A DNA stretch of 55,975 bases from a virus (Duplodnaviria > Caudoviricetes). Location of the stretch: positions 1-55,975 of the IMG/VR virus record IMGVR_UViG_3300030012_003256. The stretch is one strand, 5' to 3'. The translations under genes and the position numbers were made by a program. Positions 1 through 11,900 of this stretch are shown in pieces (within the stretch, counting starts at the first letter, position 1; each line of letters starts with the position of its first letter). Below the pieces are notes generated by a model. The model was not told the DNA's origin, made no database searches, and was given only the letters and a program-made list of their open reading frames with translations.

Positions 1-51
1 TTCGCATTATCTATTCCCTAGTAAGTTTGTTAGGTAAGGGGGAGAAATAAC

Positions 52-1671
52 ATGAGCGCAGAAGATATATTTTTAGGTAGCCAAGCAAGTTTGACATTAG
101 TTCCTGAAGTGGACTTATGGATTCCATTAAATCACACGAATAGCACAACAACCGTTTTAGAATGCGGTGATTCGTGGGAAGCACATTTTTTACTTGTAAA
201 TAACCTATATGTTGGGTGTATTGTTGAATTATATGATTCAGCCGCCCAAACCACAGTAGTTTCAACTCACACTATTACAGCCAATACTGCTAATTCGTTC
301 ACTATTTCACCCGCCCACTCGCACACCTTAGCAAGTGGAGATTTTATTCATATTAGAGGATATGGCGCACCTTGCGTTGGTGAAAAGTCTACTAACACAA
401 AGAGGCTTAATGCTGATAATTGGTTAGGTATTCTTGAAAGTGCTACCTTCCCTGATGTTGAGGTAGAGATGAAACAATTAAATTTGTCTCTCGGTGGTTC
501 AAGAAACTATACTTATCAATATAAAGGCATTGAAACCGCAGGTGCGGCAAATCTTAATCTTGTCGCAAATCATGGTGCTTTTCTATATTATGCTTTGGGA
601 CGATGCACAGAAATTACTGCTACATTTGGGAACCCTTCGGGTCATTCTCCTGTTGATGTATTAAATGCTCATGGAACTCCTACTGTTGATGATAGACGGC
701 ATGTTTATCTTGAATCATCTAATGCTACTGGAGAACACACAATTACTACATTTTTAGAACAAGGCCCAATCTTTTACAAAACAGCGAGAGCATCAGATAC
801 TTTACTCCCACCTCTTCTTAACGGATTTGATACTGCGGCAACTACAGAATTAGTCAATAGAACAACTACTACTGCAACTGCTTTAACAAACCCAATTACT
901 TACAAATTTGAAGAAGCAAATGGTGAAAAACTACCTTCTTTTGCTTTAGAACAAACTTTGGCTAAGACTAGCACATTAACTACGAATACTGAATCCGATT
1001 CAGAAGATACTACTTTTGTTCGTATTGCTAGAGGAAACCGAGTCAATACCTTAACAATGACGGCTAACGAAAATGAAGAAATTAAAATGACTCTTGACTT
1101 AAATGCAAGAGCAGTTCACAAATTAGAGCAAGATGAAAATTATGAAGCAAGAGGCGGAATTACTGATAATCGTCAATTATTTAATTTTGAGCAAGCCAAT
1201 GACTCAAGCACAACTGATAAAGATGCTGAATTTTTAGAGCCTTTCTTCTTTTCAAGTGGATTGTTCAGCGTATTTGGACAACAGTTCTTGAAAATTACAA
1301 ACCTTACTTTGACCATCAACAATAATCTTCAAGACAAGAGATTTGTGGGTATTGGTAATAAATCAATCAAAGACGCTATTCCAGCACAAAGAACCTATGA
1401 AGTTTCTTTTACTGCTATGGTGACTGATGATAAATTGTTTGAAGAATTGTTAAATCAAACAGAAGTAGGTAGTGCAACAGATACTCTCTTAACTCTACAA
1501 TTTGATAAAGCAAATGGAGAGCAGATTTTGATGAAGTTCCAAGACTATTTCCTTAGTTCTGCAAACTTTACTATTCCTGATGATAAAGGCCCAATTACCG
1601 TTGAAGGAACGGTTATGCCGAGAACATTAAACTCATGCACAGTTAAGACTCATTGGGTTTTGCAGGGGTGA
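52..1671 (+). CDS. major tail tube protein
   Basis: 539 aa, beta-rich. C-terminal half resembles siphovirus tube proteins (SFALEQ...VNTLTMTA...LTLTINNNL...VSFTAM...ITVEGT). Lies directly upstream of chaperone and tape measure. Confidence 0.7.
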   Translation: MSAEDIFLGSQASLTLVPEVDLWIPLNHTNSTTTVLECGDSWEAHFLLVNNLYVGCIVELYDSAAQTTVVSTHTITANTANSFTISPAHSHTLASGDFIHIRGYGAPCVGEKSTNTKRLNADNWLGILESATFPDVEVEMKQLNLSLGGSRNYTYQYKGIETAGAANLNLVANHGAFLYYALGRCTEITATFGNPSGHSPVDVLNAHGTPTVDDRRHVYLESSNATGEHTITTFLEQGPIFYKTARASDTLLPPLLNGFDTAATTELVNRTTTTATALTNPITYKFEEANGEKLPSFALEQTLAKTSTLTTNTESDSEDTTFVRIARGNRVNTLTMTANENEEIKMTLDLNARAVHKLEQDENYEARGGITDNRQLFNFEQANDSSTTDKDAEFLEPFFFSSGLFSVFGQQFLKITNLTLTINNNLQDKRFVGIGNKSIKDAIPAQRTYEVSFTAMVTDDKLFEELLNQTEVGSATDTLLTLQFDKANGEQILMKFQDYFLSSANFTIPDDKGPITVEGTVMPRTLNSCTVKTHWVLQG

Positions 1672-1675
1672 TTAA

Positions 1676-1774
1676 ATGGTTTCCAAAGCAGAAAAAGGTC
1701 GCTTGATTAGAGAAGCATCTAAGAAAAAGAAGGTTAAGAAAGAGACTACTAAAAAATCTAAGTTAGCAGAATAA
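1676..1774 (+). CDS. small basic protein (32 aa, MVSKAEKGRLIREASKKKKVKKETTKKSKLAE)
   Basis: Read manually; GGGGTGA SD-like motif upstream; fills the gap after the tube gene. Confidence 0.5.
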   Translation: MVSKAEKGRLIREASKKKKVKKETTKKSKLAE

Positions 1775-1814
1775 TATTCCACCAACACCGTTTGTTTGTT
1801 TGTTGGTATAAAAG

Positions 1815-2192
1815 GTGGATAAAATGTTGAACAAAAAAGTTGTATCAGATAAAAGCGTGCTTTTTGCACTAACCGAGCCAAAACTACACTATATTCGTGT
1901 AGCACCTGAGAAAGAAGAATACCTCAAAGTCTGGGTAAAAGAACCCACATGGCTTGAGGTTGATAAGGCCATGAACGCCATGATGAAGATTGATGCAAAG
2001 CGTCAAGACATGGAGTTAGACCTAAACGCTATGTTTAGATTCATGGTTGAAAATTTCGTAGTAAAGACTGAACCAAGTCTTTCTGCGATTGACATTTTAC
2101 GACTCACGCCGTATATCGGCAATCAGTTAAAAGAAATTCTCCCAAACCCGTTTTCGGCGTTAGAGGAGGATGAAGAAAAAAACGAAGACTAA
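1815..2192 (+). CDS. tail assembly chaperone (gpG-like)
   Basis: Sits between tube and tape measure; ends over the slippery heptamer A AAA AAC (2177-2183). Confidence 0.7.
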   Translation: MDKMLNKKVVSDKSVLFALTEPKLHYIRVAPEKEEYLKVWVKEPTWLEVDKAMNAMMKIDAKRQDMELDLNAMFRFMVENFVVKTEPSLSAIDILRLTPYIGNQLKEILPNPFSALEEDEEKNED

Positions 2193-2413
2193 AGGGGGTA
2201 TTCAAGGGAAGACAAGGTTCCCCTGAAGATATTTCCTTGATTATCGTTTATACTTTAGCGAAAGCATTAGCAATAAGCCCATTAGAAATCTATAAAATGC
2301 CGAGTTCTCTTGTTATAGATTTATTGTCAGTTCATAAAGTTATGATGGAATTAGAAAAAGAAGAGATGGATAAGATAGAAAAACAATCTAAATCTAGTAT
2401 GAGAGGAATGTGA
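2177..2413 (+). CDS. -1 frameshift extension of tail chaperone (gpGT-like)
   Basis: The -1 frame is open from the slippery site to TGA 2411-2413 (..LAKALAISPLEIYKMPSSLVIDLLSVH..) and overlaps the tape measure start. Confidence 0.7.
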   Translation, partial: KKRRLKGVFKGRQGSPEDISLIIVYTLAKALAISPLEIYKMPSSLVIDLLSVHKVMMELEKEEMDKIEKQSKSSMRGM

Positions 2414-4089
2414 TAGATATGAGTAATGTCACCGTTTTGACTCAAGAAACTAATACCTTAACAGATTCATTAAATGAAATGAATAAGGCGTTAGCATCTA
2501 TGAAAAAATATTATGATAATTTAAATAAAACTCAAGAAGAAGCATTAAAACTTAAGAAATTAAATAAACAAGAATTAAGAGAAACAGTTCAGGACGAAGA
2601 AGGGTTAAAAAAGAGAACTAAAATTCTTAATACAACTTTAAAACTAAATAATGATATGCTAACTTTTGGCATAAAAAGCCTTAGAGATTATAGAAAAGCG
2701 GGAGGAACAACCTTAGAATACCTTGCTACTTTTATGACTTCAACAAAAGAAGAGGTTAGATTACTTGGTTTTGAGGCCGCTTCTGCTAGAAGGTTTATGT
2801 ATGGATTTCTACCGCCCGGAATGTTTAGATTGGTAAATAAAGTAGCAACTGCTTTCAATGGTATGGGAAGCGCAATAAGAGCAATTAGGGATTCTGCTTC
2901 AGGTGCAAATAAAGAAAGCAGTAATTTATTTTCTACTCTTGCGGCTGGAATGGTCGGTCTTGCTAAATTACCTAAAATGACTTTAGGTGATTTTAAGAAA
3001 GGGTTGGGCGGAATAACAAAAGTAGTAGGTAAAGATTTTGAAAGAGCAAAAAAAATAAAACAGTCAAAGAAAGATGAAAAAGACCTACTAGTATCAATTA
3101 AAAAATTAGAAGCGAAAGGCAAACAACCTGACTACTTAAAAACCCTACTTAAAAAACAGAAAAAAAGAACCTATGACATGGAAAGAAGAAGAAATAAAGC
3201 ATTAGAAAAAACCAAAATAGGCAGGGCGATTTTAGCGATGAATAAAGTATTCACAGCATTACAACCAAAAAATATTGCTCGTTTCTTTGTGAAGGCTCTT
3301 CAATTTTTCTTAAAGGGCATGATATATATGACTCTAACTCTGGCTGTCCTTTATATCTTATACAAGACAGTTGGAAAAACATTGATAGCAGCGTTTAAAG
3401 AAGCATTACCAACAATAAAATTAGCAGGTCAAGTAATAATGGGTTCAATTTCTATGATTTGGTCAGGGATTACTGATATATGGAATGGCTTTTTCGGTGA
3501 TGGAAACCTATCTGATGTTATAGATGGTATGATTAAAATTGCTGTTGGTATTATCGGTGTAGCAGTTGGAATTATTGGAGCAGGTCTATTATTCATAGGT
3601 GGGATATTTGTAGAATTTTTTAAACAAGGATGGGTAAGATTCACAGAATACCTTAAAGGTGTGGGGAGTAAATTTTCTGAAAAAATAGGATATATTGCGG
3701 GTGTTATTGCTTTTATTGTAGTTGTTGGTGCTTTCATTATGAGTGCGCCAGTTTGGTTAGCGGCTCTTCTTGGTTTAATTGCATATAGACTTGTGAGATT
3801 ATTTACAGATAAAATACCCTTTATGGCTAATGGAGGCATCGCTCAAGGAGGACTAACTGTTGTTGGTGAAAAAGGCCCAGAATTGGTAAATCTTCCAAGA
3901 GGAGCAAGAGTTAATTCTAACCGAGATAGTAAAAAGATGGTTGGAGGAAAATCTGTTGTAAATAACTTCAATATTACTGTTAATGCAAAAGATTCTTCAA
4001 AAGCAGAAATGCGTAGAATGGCAGATGAAATTGGTCGCATGATTAATTCTAAAATTAACAGAAGCACTTCTTCAAGTACATTTAGGTGA
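2410..4089 (+). CDS. tape measure protein
   Basis: Helical/coiled-coil protein with hydrophobic Gly/Ile stretches; C-terminal MANGG..VGEKGPELV..P motif typical of TMPs. Confidence 0.8.
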   Translation: MIDMSNVTVLTQETNTLTDSLNEMNKALASMKKYYDNLNKTQEEALKLKKLNKQELRETVQDEEGLKKRTKILNTTLKLNNDMLTFGIKSLRDYRKAGGTTLEYLATFMTSTKEEVRLLGFEAASARRFMYGFLPPGMFRLVNKVATAFNGMGSAIRAIRDSASGANKESSNLFSTLAAGMVGLAKLPKMTLGDFKKGLGGITKVVGKDFERAKKIKQSKKDEKDLLVSIKKLEAKGKQPDYLKTLLKKQKKRTYDMERRRNKALEKTKIGRAILAMNKVFTALQPKNIARFFVKALQFFLKGMIYMTLTLAVLYILYKTVGKTLIAAFKEALPTIKLAGQVIMGSISMIWSGITDIWNGFFGDGNLSDVIDGMIKIAVGIIGVAVGIIGAGLLFIGGIFVEFFKQGWVRFTEYLKGVGSKFSEKIGYIAGVIAFIVVVGAFIMSAPVWLAALLGLIAYRLVRLFTDKIPFMANGGIAQGGLTVVGEKGPELVNLPRGARVNSNRDSKKMVGGKSVVNNFNITVNAKDSSKAEMRRMADEIGRMINSKINRSTSSSTFR

Positions 4090-4094
4090 TTTAA

Positions 4095-4709
4095 ATGAGT
4101 TATGTATATCTAAAATTACAAAAACATAGTGGTAGTAGTGCAACAATTGATACTATTCCATTGAAGGTGAATAGCATAAGTGTTTCGGTTGATAAAACGA
4201 TTCCCGCTATTCCTATTCCTTTAAGTGGTTTAGCAACAGGAGAATCAACTACCGTTGCTTTAGATTTAGGAATGTCTAATAAAAGAATTTCATTAAATGG
4301 GATTATTGTTGATACAGAAATAAGAAGAAGCCACACTAAATCAGGAGGAAGTGCTACTAACCTAACTTTTACAGCGCAAGAAGTCGCTCAAATGATTGCT
4401 TCGGGTGTTGATTCAACAGGTCTGGCTTCTTATCAAGCAATTAATGAATTGGTCATTCTTATGGATTCAAAGGTTGATGAAAACTATGCAGAAAGAGCCA
4501 GCACCATTCAAATTCCTTTAACCTTTAGAGCAAGAGGAAATGCCTTAGAAAAGGACAATACGAATGTTATCGGTTCATTTGCTTTTCCGACATCTTCAAC
4601 ATCTAAAGGTCTTAATGGATTTATTCAGAGTTTTTCTTATGAAATGACAGGGGAAACAATTGAAGTTTCTTTTAGTTTAGAATTTGTTGTAGCAAATGTT
4701 CTTCCTTGA
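4095..4709 (+). CDS. distal tail / tail-tip protein
   Basis: Follows the TMP; beta-strand pattern RISLNG...IQSFSYE...FSLEF. Confidence 0.55.
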   Translation: MSYVYLKLQKHSGSSATIDTIPLKVNSISVSVDKTIPAIPIPLSGLATGESTTVALDLGMSNKRISLNGIIVDTEIRRSHTKSGGSATNLTFTAQEVAQMIASGVDSTGLASYQAINELVILMDSKVDENYAERASTIQIPLTFRARGNALEKDNTNVIGSFAFPTSSTSKGLNGFIQSFSYEMTGETIEVSFSLEFVVANVLP

Positions 4710-4718
4710 GGTTTTATC

Positions 4719-5906
4719 ATGTCATACGCTATTTTTACAGGAAAACAACGCTCGCTTGTTTTTCCAATTATGTGTAATGGTTTTTTGACAATTGATTATT
4801 CAGATAATGTAGTTTCATCTGCATCAGGAATACCTTATGGTATCTGGGATTTAGATAATAATTTTACATTTGAGTGTGTATTGACTCCCTATGAAATTAA
4901 TGGTTATGGAACTCATAGTAGTACGGGCGACACTTACATACCGACTACTGGGAGTCTTTCAAAGGTAAGTCATAGCGATGGTTTGGGTATTGTTTCCAAT
5001 AGTAAAAAAATAATGCCTGCTTTAGAGGAATCTATCTATACTGCTGGAACACAAAATAATCATCAAAGCGAATTATATTTACCAAGAGCAAATCGTAAAA
5101 ACCATGAAATGAGAATTTTTCATAGCACTAACTTTCAAGTGAGTTTAATAAATGATACTCTACATAACGAAAATAATCCGGCAAGATATAAAATAAAAGT
5201 CGGAATTAAGTTAGGTTCGGCCTCTATGGAAAACTTTACAACTGATGCTGTAATTTTACCGAATGAAGGGGGTCAATACAGTTATTCTTCTACACCCGAC
5301 TTACAGGGCTTTGATACTGATGGCAAGTTAAAATATAGAAGGATAAGTTTTGCTCTTGCTGGTTCATCAGGAACTACTCTTAAGATGACGACTGGAACAG
5401 GAGTTGATGATAAGTTATTTGAAAATGTTGAATTATTTACTAGAAGTGGAACAGATTTAGTATCTATTGGTCTATTTGATAGTAAGCCTTCTGCTAGCAC
5501 TATTACTCTAAAGTCTGCACTAACGAGAACTATTTCTTCTGGCGACCCAATTTTTATTAAACATATTCAAGAGCCGAGTTATATTAATAACATATATCAT
5601 ATTGCCTGTTCTTGGGATAATCAAAATAAAGAGATACTTATCTTTTTTAATGGTCGTTTAGTTAAGACAGCAACACACACCCAAACAGATTCATTTACAA
5701 TGGCCGCAGAAGATTTTTATGTCGGTGCAAATGGAACAGGGGCAACGGGGGCTAATTCAGCCACTACTAATAATCAATTTATGGGAGAATTGCATGAATT
5801 GAGTATTATGAATATCAGAAAAACTGAATTTAGTGCAGTTAATAACCTAATGCCTAATTTAAATAATACTGTTTTATATTTAAGATTTGAGGAGGTGGAT
5901 GAATGA
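4719..5906 (+). CDS. LamG/ConA-like domain tail protein
   Basis: FTFECVL...YHIACSWD...IFFNG...FYVGA...FMGELHELSI is the LamG-like pattern. Confidence 0.7.
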   Translation: MSYAIFTGKQRSLVFPIMCNGFLTIDYSDNVVSSASGIPYGIWDLDNNFTFECVLTPYEINGYGTHSSTGDTYIPTTGSLSKVSHSDGLGIVSNSKKIMPALEESIYTAGTQNNHQSELYLPRANRKNHEMRIFHSTNFQVSLINDTLHNENNPARYKIKVGIKLGSASMENFTTDAVILPNEGGQYSYSSTPDLQGFDTDGKLKYRRISFALAGSSGTTLKMTTGTGVDDKLFENVELFTRSGTDLVSIGLFDSKPSASTITLKSALTRTISSGDPIFIKHIQEPSYINNIYHIACSWDNQNKEILIFFNGRLVKTATHTQTDSFTMAAEDFYVGANGTGATGANSATTNNQFMGELHELSIMNIRKTEFSAVNNLMPNLNNTVLYLRFEEVDE

Positions 5907-8900
5907 GCATTAATATTGAGGGAGATGATTTCAATACTCCCACTAACCCCTATCTAATTGATTCTTTAAGCGGTGCTTCTACGGGGCATCGTGTTTATGC
6001 GGTTATTGCTACAGATGGAGAAATTTCAGCAAGCATTACTGGATGGGTTTCCGGTTCATCTATTACAGAAAATAATAATTTAAACAATACAAAAGGATTT
6101 AGAATTAAATGCTATGACTCTCTCACTACAACTGGAGTTAGATTTAATCCGAGTGCATCTGACTTAAACGCTAACGATTATTTTGTTCTTGTGCATTCTG
6201 ATAAGCCTTTACAACACCACTTTGCAAAAATTACTGAAGTATTAACAGAAGATGAATATGGGGATGCATTTGAATTTGAACCAAAGTTAGGTAATGAAAT
6301 AGCCAAAGATACAAAATTTATTATTTTTCAAATGCCCAAAAATACTGGCGTTGTTGCTATTTCGGCAGGAATGAAACAAGATGATGATTTAGGAAGTTTA
6401 GATAATAATTTTGAGGGAGAATTAGTTAGAAGGTTATCTGTAGCAAGACCGCTATTTTATTTCTATAATGATAGTTTAGATAAGCCGAATGAATTAGACC
6501 ATAATACAAAATATATGGTTCTTAGAGAAGTTAATGATGCCTCTACTTCTAATGGTGCTACATTATCAAAGGCAGACGATTCAAAACCTTTTACTACTGT
6601 TCAAGATTTTGGTAAGAAGGTTATTGATTACAGTAGGTTTAGTTATAGTATTACTATGACTGATAAATTAAGAGATTTAGATGATGATTCTACAAATTCG
6701 GTATCAAACGAGGGAAGCCCCGCTTCATTTAATTTTTCTTCATCAAGCGATGATTATAGTGGTAGATTTATCAATGCGGAAAGAGAAGCAGAAGATAAAA
6801 TTGACTCTACTGTTTCAAATATGAGATATACTGGGCCAAAAAGATATTTACATTATGACTTTTCACCTACTAAATCAAACTTTCTTTACAATGTATATGA
6901 CCATACAAATACCGAATCTATTGACGGCAAGGGCGGCTTTTCAGAAACCTCTATCATTGATAACGGCAGAATTATGCCAAGAAAGATAAAAGAGTTTGAC
7001 GCATATCGTGTAAGGCATAATATTCATCGTGGTGATATGAATGAGTTCTTTTCTTTGCCCGCAACATTTAGTTCAAAAACTTCTAATGCCGTATTTTCTT
7101 TTGAAACAGAATATAATTTAAATACTGTTCTAAATGCAGGAGATGAGGTCAAGTTAGGAGATAACATTTTAATTGTTCAGTCTTTTGGAAGCCTGTCTGG
7201 AACAACCCAAGAGATAACCTTCCAATCGTCCACCCATCCCTTTGTGAGAACGGAGAACGACGGTGTTTTTACCGCACAGTCCACGACACCGACAAGCGGA
7301 GATGTGCTTAAACGGCGAGCATATAACGCCACAGACGGGACGCTTATGCTTGATATTTCACTACTAAACGGCAGGTTTAGCAAGATGTATGTCTCTTTTA
7401 CATCATTAAATCATAATGAAAGATTTGCTACCATTACTGCTTGTGATGCTGTAAAAGGTATGATTACTCTCTCATTTAGTGATGACTCCTACAATACTAA
7501 TCCGTTAAGTTTTGCTAAAGGACAATATCAACTCTTTATTGAAAGATTTAATGGTGAAGTTGAAAATATTGAAAGTAAAAAGGAGAATGGACAAACTATT
7601 ATGGAGATTCAAGGAAGAGATAAGTTTAGTAAATTACTTTCTCCGATTGTGAATCTAAATACTTTGTTTAGTGAGGATATTATTTATTCTAGCAATAGCC
7701 CGTATAATAAATTAGCCTCCATTAAATCCGGAACAAACCTTAGTGTGGCCCTAGGAGCAATTTATGTAGATACAGGTATTGTTGCTTTAACTTCTAATTT
7801 TGACAATTACCCTGCTGTTGGAGATAAGTTATTTACTGTTAATGGATATTTAGGAGAAGTTGTAGATTTACTATTTCACGCAACAGTTAATTTAAGAATT
7901 GAAATCACCCCCGCAATAACAGAAGCGAACTCGGAAGAAATATATATTGCCACAGAAAAAAATTATATTCTCTCAAAAGCACTTGGCTCATCTCATCTTG
8001 CTACAAATAAACCATCTTCTCTTACAGGAGCCGCTAATAAGGGATTAATTTTTACATCAGGTAATAAAATCAAAAGAGTGAGTTTAACCGCAACAACAAA
8101 TGGAAATACTACAGTAAATATTTCAGCAACAGGAGAAGATACCTCAGACTTAGAAGCAGGTATGATTATATCGGGTCATAGCGGTATTCCTACGGGAACA
8201 ACAATTGTTTCGGTTGATAGCACCTCTGCAATCACTATAAGCGCATCAGCAACAAATAGTGCCGCCGAAGCAGGAACGGTTTTCTTTGGTGGCGAAGACA
8301 CCAGTTTAGTCTCAACGAGCGCAAACGCAAGCGAGGGAGCGATTGGTTATGCAATCAATAAGCCATCATCTATCTCAAATGACTTTGCTTTCCAAGCATT
8401 ATTGAAAGACGAACATGGAAGCGCAGGGTCATCCTCCTTTGATACGGTAAATACTCTAATTGATTTTGAAGTCGTTTCAACTTCAAAGAAGGACAACATT
8501 ACAGAAATTGAATTAGCCCCATATGTTCCTATCACTTTGGGAAGAAAAATACCTAATTTTGGAAATACAGAAGGATATACTTTAACAGAAAGGGCTACTA
8601 TTGAGCATACTGGTGCAAACATTAATAGCGCAAACCCGAATATTATTGAAGCCACAAATGACGGCATTAAAAATTTAGACCGAAATGACCCTGTATTTAT
8701 TGGTGCAAGTGCAGACACAGCCACCTTTGCAGGATTTGTTAGAACAAAAAAGATGATAAGAGGAACTGCCGACCAAAGTAATTTATTATATTTAGATAGA
8801 GACTTTACTACAACAGCAGGTCATAAAATATATTCTGTAAGTAAAGACACTCACGATTTATTTTTGATAAATGGGGCGCACTTATGGGGAGGAAAAATGC

Positions 8901-11900
8901 TTTCTTTGCCTCATAGCAAACTAACCTCATCCGGGCCAGTCCCTTTAAACTTAGATAATATCTATGGTAGTAACACAGATACAAATAAAAAATATGGACA
9001 ATCGTTATACAAAACAATTTCTATGTCTTTTGGACAGTTTAATATTTTACTGAAAGAGCCAAGTAATGCGGTATATGGTTTTAGACGAACCTATCCGAAT
9101 AATTCAAACTTTAGTTATTCTACAGTCGCTTACAAATTTTCTCCAAATATTTTATCTGATAATAAAAATGAATTTGATAAGACGGGAACGGGTAATGATA
9201 TTCACATGGACTTTGATATGAGGGGTTTTGGAAGTGCATATGGCTCATTATTTTCTGGTCTTGAAAGAATTAGAAGAAACCAAGACTCTAAATATCCCGA
9301 TGATTTTTCATCAAGCGTTTCAGCGACTGAATCTTTATTGTCCTCCATAAGCCAAAAAGTAAGTAATGCAGCAACATTATTTTTATATATCAATTCTGAT
9401 TTATTACCATATTCGTCATTAAGAAAAGATAGTCTGATGGACGGTAATAAAAATTTGATAAATTATAATTTATTTTTGGTAGAAAATAATAAGTTAAAGG
9501 ACAAAGTATTAGAATTTACGGAAACTTCTTCAGGTAATCAACTATTATTAACCGATAACTCATTTCAAACTATATCTATTACTGATAATACTGACATTTC
9601 TACTCTGAAAAGATTTGGACTGATGAGATTAACAGAAATTTGCTTTGATATTCATTTTAATTTATTTAATCCCGAAAAAGATACTGTTAAAAATAGAGAT
9701 TACTTTAGTGCAAGCCAAATTAATGGATATACCTTTTCTGCTGTTGGGACATTAAGTTCAACTTCTATCACAAATTCCTTAGCGGCCTCAAATACTACTT
9801 TGATTTTAGATACAGTAGAGTCTTCAAATCCACCAACAGGAACAGATATTCTTTACGATGCAAACTTTAAAAGAATTGGAACAGTCAGTAGTTATAATAG
9901 TGGAACTAAAACAATCACTTTAACAAGTGCCGCAATTTTAAATGATGATGCTACATTTACAGTAGGGACCGTTTTTCAACAAAGCAGATTAGACATTATT
10001 TTCTTAGAAGGAACTAAAGATGGAAATACTTTTATTTCTAAAGATAGAGCACATATACAAAAAGGTGCAATTATTACTGATAACTATTTATCTGATTCTG
10101 GTGATGTTTGGGAAGGCAATAATGATGGCGTATTAAATATGACAAATGAAGATATTATTTCTACACCGATACGATATAGATATTCTAACGCAGGTGGGAC
10201 TTTATCCGCTACCCCAAGAGCATTACCAACAAAGCCAATGGATGAGATATTTCCCGCGTCAAATGTTAGACAAATTTTTAAACATAGTATTGGAGTAATT
10301 CTAGACACTTATTTTATTGAACAGGGACAAAAGCACACAATTGAAAAAGGAGTAACTATTCCTTTTAATATCGGAAATCAAGTTGTTTTTGACGATGGAA
10401 CTACAAATAACTTCACAAACTTTATTACCTTAGGAAATACTTCGCCTAACTATCAATTTGGAGATAAATACCCAGATGGAACTTCTAACACCTTAACAGC
10501 GTCGGGTAGTCAACCTTACGAAGCAACAGGTGTTAAGTTTGGGATAAAACCTAGACTATACTATGATAGTGGAATTAGTGGATATTCTACAGCAACAATA
10601 TCTTCTTCCAATGGAGACTTATTTCAATATAATTTTGCAGTTTTTACTGGAAGTATTGGATGGATAGATTTCATAGACTTGACAGGTTGCTATTTGATTT
10701 CAGAAGCAGGATACGATACCGATTTACAGACGGCTGTAGATTCAGGAGATGAAAATACTAATTCATGTAGAAATATGAATGGAGTAATTCCTCAAGACAT
10801 AATTTATGTTGTTTCTCATACTGTTAGGAATGATAGTGATAGGCAACATCGCTTGGTTCTTGATAAAGAACTGACCCATCAAGAGGCATATCGCATACTT
10901 AAGCCAAATGAAACTACTTTTTATGATTTTATGCCAGAACAAATACATTTGAATATGCTTTCATCAAAGTATACAAAAATGCCAGAAGAAAACAAAGTAT
11001 ATGAAGTAAATCAAGATATTGAAATTGTAGAAGGAACAAAAGAAAAAACTTCAACAAAAGAAGGGCCAAGAAGAGAATCTTTCTTGTCTATGTTTGTGGC
11101 TGTTGACCCCGATAAACAAAGTAATAATGAGAATCATTTAATTGTAAAAAATGCAGAAAACTTTTTAGATATATTAGAAGAAGGAGAACATTCTCTTTTT
11201 GCCTCTGATGGAGAAAATAGTATGAAAATATCGGCTACCGTTAAGTCAGAATTTGATTTTACTGGAGAGCAAGATATTATTCTTACTTTATCTGATATGA
11301 AAACGATGAAAGGGGTCGTTAGTTTCTCTGAAACCTTTACCCTAAATACAACAGAAGAGTTAAAAATTGACCCAACGAGAGCATGTATTGGTTCTACTGT
11401 TAGCGTTGGTCTTGAAGGTGAAGACCTTATCAATGAATTACTTGAACAAGAGGGGATTGAATTTACAACCACTTCAACTGATACTCCAATGTATTTAGCA
11501 CCAAATTATCAAGGAGTAGATTTATTTTCAGCCATCCGATATATTCTTGATAGAAAGGGAATGAAACTTGTTGAAGAGAACAATGTGTTCAAGATTATTC
11601 CCGAAGATGAGGACTCTTTGAGAACAAACATTACAATTGATGATAGCGGTAATTTCCTGATTAGCGACTTTGAAAAAGTATCTACTCTTTTTGACTTCTT
11701 TAATGAAATTAATGTTTATGGAAACGCCCACAAAGCGATTCGCAAAGACCTTCGCTCAATACAAAAAAGAGGAAGAAAGACCTTAGAGGTTGTAGATAAT
11801 ACTCTACTGACTCAAGAAGAAGTAGATAAAAGAGCAACTAAACTTTTAAGAATACATTCTCGTCTTAATCAGAAACTATCTTTTACTATGCAAAATAAAG

